Below are positions 60,110 to 64,000 of a DNA stretch of 64,000 bases, piece after piece (the first letter of the stretch is position 1; each line of letters opens with the position of its first letter). The stretch spans positions 14,694,001-14,758,000 of the forward strand of contig OZ024762.1 in assembly GCA_964016885.1 (NCBI GenBank). The letters run 5' to 3'. A program made the position numbers and the translations under genes. The stretch is from Eledone cirrhosa (taxonomy: Eukaryota). Below the pieces are notes generated by a model. It was not told the DNA's origin and searched no databases. It saw only the letters and a list, made by a program, of their open reading frames with translations.

Positions 60110-60545
60110 GACATACACACACACACCGCAGAGCGACTGACATACACACACACACACACACCGCAGAGCGACTGACATACACACACACACACACACCGCA
60201 GAGCGACTGTCATACACACACACACCGCAGAGCGACTGACACACACACACACCGCAGAGCGACTGACATACACACACACACAGACACACCGCAGAGCGAC
60301 TGATATACACACGCACACACACACACACACACACACCACAGAACGACTGACATACACACACACTCACACACACCGCAGAACGACTGACACACACACACAC
60401 ACACACACAGACACACCGCAGAGCGACTGACATACACACACACACACACACCGCAGAGCGACTGACACACACATACACACACACACAGACACACCGCAGA
60501 GCGACTGACGTAAACACACACACACACCGCAAGCGACTGACGTAC
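60110..60545. repeat. CACCGCAGAGCGACTGACA minisatellite in a (CA)n background
   Basis: Direct reading, about 12 copies. Confidence 0.9.
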
Positions 60546-60843
60546 ACACATACACTGTACAGTGTGTGACATTCATACACACACTGTTAGTGTAAACACA
60601 CGACTATGCCCCAGAAAATTTGTCAATGAATGAATGTGTAGTTTTTATTTTTTCTTGTTTGTTTTTGGCTAGTGCGATGTGTAACCTACATATTCTACTC
60701 ATTCATATATATATATATATGGTGGATATATATGTAACATATATATATAATATATATTTATATATCGTATATATATAATATATATATTTATATATCGTAT
60801 ATTGTATATATATAATATATATCGTATATTGTATATACATTAC

Positions 60844-60888
<45 letters not shown>

Positions 60889-60942
60889 CGTATATTGTAT
60901 ATATATAATATATATATATATCGTATATTGTATATACATTAC

Positions 60943-61004
<62 letters not shown>

Positions 61005-61173
61005 GTATATACTTTACATTATATATATATATATATATATTATATATGTATATATATATATGTATATATTGTATATATATATATATATATATAATTGTTT
61101 CTACTTTTGGCACAAGGCCAGCAATTATGCCAGTGTATTACTAGTACTTTATTTTATCGACCCCGTAAGGATT

Positions 61174-61242
<69 letters not shown>

Positions 61243-61694
61243 TATACATATATAATATATACACTAAACATATATATATCATACATACATATACAATGTA
61301 TATAATATATTTACATATATACTATATACTTATATATACAATCTCTCTATATATTATACTTATATATATATATTTTATTTATACATTCATATAATAAATT
61401 TATATTATATTATAATTAAAATAGCTCTGCACTATACATCAAGTACTCTTCTCGACATTACCTTTTCTACGCAAATACATAAAATATATATATATATATG
61501 TAAATATAAATATATATACAGTATATATAGATATAGATATATATATATGTACTATACATCTACAGGGTGTCCCCAAAAAATGGATACACATTTCAACAGC
61601 GTTCTAACAAATATGTGTATATATTTTTGAGGGAAACCCTGTATATATAAATATCAATAATACTAATATATATATATATATAGTAATGATACTA

Positions 61695-61727
<33 letters not shown>

Positions 61728-61742
61728 TATATAGTAATGATA

Positions 61743-61801
<59 letters not shown>

Positions 61802-61956
61802 ATAATTGTTCCTACGTTAGGCACAAGGCCAGCAAATACCCAGTGCATTACTGGTACTTTATTTTATCGACCTTGTAAGGATGAAAGGCAAAGTATTACT
61901 AACATATATATATAGTAATAATACTATCATATATACATATATATATATATAATACG

Positions 61957-63372
61957 TTGAGGGGGGTCCCGCGCGAACTAGGATGCGGAAGATCCGTGTC
62001 AGCATATGCGGTCGATGTCACCGTAGTAGTGTCGAACGCCAAACACATCGAGGCGATCGGCACTACACTAAGAGAATACGAAGCAGTGACAGGAGCAATG
62101 ATCAACCAGGAAAAGTCAGTGGGCCTGCAGCTCGGCACCTGGAGAGGCAGGTCCATGCCGTCCAACAGCGTCGTCGGGCGCTGGACGGACGGACCGGTTA
62201 AATTGGTACGGTTCTGGTTCGGTCCGGACCTCCAGACGGACAAAAACTGGGACGAGGTGACGAGCAGGGTGGCTTCACTCACCCAGAAATGGGCGGAGAG
62301 GAAGCTATCCCTGAAAGGTCGAGCGGAGGTGGCTAACGCGTACATCGCGTCCGTCATCTGCTACCGCCTGACCGTCGTACCTTGTCCTAAGCCCCGCCTG
62401 ACTGCGCTGGAGCGTTTGCTCTTTCGCTTTTTGTGGAAGGGACGCGCTCAGATGGTCAGGCGGTCCATCTGCTGTCAACACCCGCTACGTGGAGGGCTGG
62501 GCTTGTCGTGGCTGATGATGCGCAGACACGCGCTCAGGCTACGACATCTCCACCTCTTCCTCGACGGTGATCAGGTGTGGTCGCCGTTTGCTAGACACGT
62601 ATTTCCCCAGCTCGTTTTCTTGACGGATATGCAGTCCTGGGTCAAGCGAAGACCGAGAGGGAGCGCCTGGAGACTTGAATGTCTTCAGGCGCTCACAGCC
62701 CTCGACCAATCGGGCAATGTGATCAGTGGAAACTCCACCTCGGCGTTCTATAGAAGATTAGTGGAGGGGAAGAGCGACGACGTACTTGGGGAAACTCTAG
62801 GCGTCGACGAAAATCAACTAGCCAATCTCTTCGGAAGAACTTTCGGGCCGGACCCTATGGACAACTTCCAGAAATCTCTGGCCTGGCAGTGCTACCGAGG
62901 AGCCTTGCCAGTTCGGGATAAACTCTACAGGCATGGAGGTGCCGTCAGCCAGGCATGTCCGAGATGCGCGCAGGGCGACGAAACCGTCCTGCACGCACTC
63001 GTCCAGTGTCCGAGCATTGCTGACTTGTGGGTTTATGTCGAACACCTGCTGTCACGTGTAGGACGGATCCGGCTATCAGCTGAGTCCATCGTGAGGATTG
63101 CCCCGCCCTCTTCCTTTAGCCGGGAAGGGCAGGCAGTCTTTATCTGTCTGGTGGCCATGGCAAAAGAGATAGTATGGTGGACACGTTTGAAAGGGCTGAA
63201 GACGAGCACTTACCTCTTCGGTGATGCCCTGATTAACTTTTTCAAATTTCATTTGAAAAGGAAAATCAGGGTAGAGAGGGAAGTGCTCTCTTCCCAGCAT
63301 TTTGTTGAAAGATGGGTGAGAGAAGCAAGAATGGCCCGAGTGAATGGGCCTACTCTGAGTATGTGTCTGTAA
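61957..63372 (+). CDS. 5'-truncated non-LTR retrotransposon ORF2 (L1/Tx1 group): reverse transcriptase C-terminus plus CCHC zinc finger
   Basis: 471 uninterrupted codons. Motifs include SAYAVDV (YADD position), YEAVTGAMINQEKS, WAERKLSLKGR, FRFLWKG, GGLGL and CPRC..ETVLHALVQC. There is no true start codon. Confidence 0.92.
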   Translation: MRGVPRELGCGRSVSAYAVDVTVVVSNAKHIEAIGTTLREYEAVTGAMINQEKSVGLQLGTWRGRSMPSNSVVGRWTDGPVKLVRFWFGPDLQTDKNWDEVTSRVASLTQKWAERKLSLKGRAEVANAYIASVICYRLTVVPCPKPRLTALERLLFRFLWKGRAQMVRRSICCQHPLRGGLGLSWLMMRRHALRLRHLHLFLDGDQVWSPFARHVFPQLVFLTDMQSWVKRRPRGSAWRLECLQALTALDQSGNVISGNSTSAFYRRLVEGKSDDVLGETLGVDENQLANLFGRTFGPDPMDNFQKSLAWQCYRGALPVRDKLYRHGGAVSQACPRCAQGDETVLHALVQCPSIADLWVYVEHLLSRVGRIRLSAESIVRIAPPSSFSREGQAVFICLVAMAKEIVWWTRLKGLKTSTYLFGDALINFFKFHLKRKIRVEREVLSSQHFVERWVREARMARVNGPTLSMCL

Positions 63373-63619
63373 ATTAAAGGTGGAAAACTGGGAGAGGGCA
63401 CTTGCCCTGGTGGTCAGGGTCACTGTGGCCTTTTAATGGGCTTTCTCCACATATGTCCCTCGGAAGCCTCCCCCCTATTGGGGAGTTTTTAATTGTTATT
63501 TTTTTGTTACATCCTCTGTTTTGGTTTTTTACACGGAAAAATGCCTAATACCGTCCTGTATTGTCCTGTACTGTCCTTAATGTCTACTTTATGTAAACCC
63601 TTGTGGTTAATAAAGAAAG
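61957..63619 (+). mobile_element. Tx1/L1-type LINE copy including a 3' UTR of about 250 bp
   Basis: GC-rich island in TA-rich flanks. The ORF is followed by a UTR with AATAAA at 63609. Confidence 0.88.
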
Positions 63620-63707
63620 TATTATATATATATATAGTAATAATACTAATATATATATACATATATATAATAAGGAGTTAACGTGCCCAGTATACCTATA
63701 TATACAT

Positions 63708-63761
<54 letters not shown>

Positions 63762-63804
63762 AAAATATAAATATTAATAAAATAGATGTTCTTTTGATCA
63801 ATTA

Positions 63805-63859
63805 CATTTTATTATACATATTTCGGATGTACAACAGTACGTCCTCATCAGACAAAATA
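63805..63859 (-). ncRNA. Type I hammerhead ribozyme motif (left arm of a fold-back)
   Basis: Exact reverse complement of 63915-63969. Confidence 0.85.
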
Positions 63860-63914
63860 TAATGATACATGACATACCCTGAGATGTTAAATGGTTAAGA
63901 TTTAATCAAGGTAG

Positions 63915-63969
63915 TATTTTGTCTGATGAGGACGTACTGTTGTACATCCGAAATATGTATAATAAAATG
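63915..63969 (+). ncRNA. Type I hammerhead ribozyme motif, canonical core (A-related family)
   Basis: UAUUUUGU-CUGAUGA-GGACGUAC UGUU GUACAUCC-GAAA-U AUGU A-UA-AUAAAAUG. It has G10.1-C11.1, an 8-bp stem I and a predicted cut after 63961. Perfect inverted arms are 63774-63859 and 63915-64000. Confidence 0.87.
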
Positions 63970-64000
63970 TAATTGATCAAAAGAACATCTATTTTATTAA

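Noticed and set aside
61983-63423. Short alternative-frame and antisense ORFs inside the LINE
   Set aside because: They are by-products of the GC-rich ORF2.

Overview
AT-rich, microsatellite-saturated animal DNA. The repeat repertoire suggests an octopus or other coleoid cephalopod; this is inference. No host protein-coding gene can be supported, and almost every ORF in the track is a translation of (TA)n, (CA)n, (GA)n or (GGT)n tracts. Protein-like relics are a young 5'-truncated Tx1/L1-type LINE (61957-63619), a decayed mariner transposase (about 34400-36004) and an RTE endonuclease fragment (44480-44990). The main signal is RNA structure. The short unique-looking islands between (TA)n tracts repeatedly encode minimal type I hammerhead ribozymes (stem I - CUGANGA - stem II - GAAA - short or palindromic stem III - NUH - stem I). 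I read about 18 complete or near-complete motifs from at least 7 sequence families, plus about 15 half-motif loci. They show compensatory base changes, a recurrent U-U pair at the base of stem II, and a stereotyped head-to-head fold-back layout anchored in (TA)n. This fits termini of Penelope-like retroelements or non-autonomous ribozyme-bearing retroelements. tRNA-derived SINEs, MITEs, a non-autonomous Helitron and several minisatellites are also present. All structures were folded by eye and coordinates may be off by a few bases.
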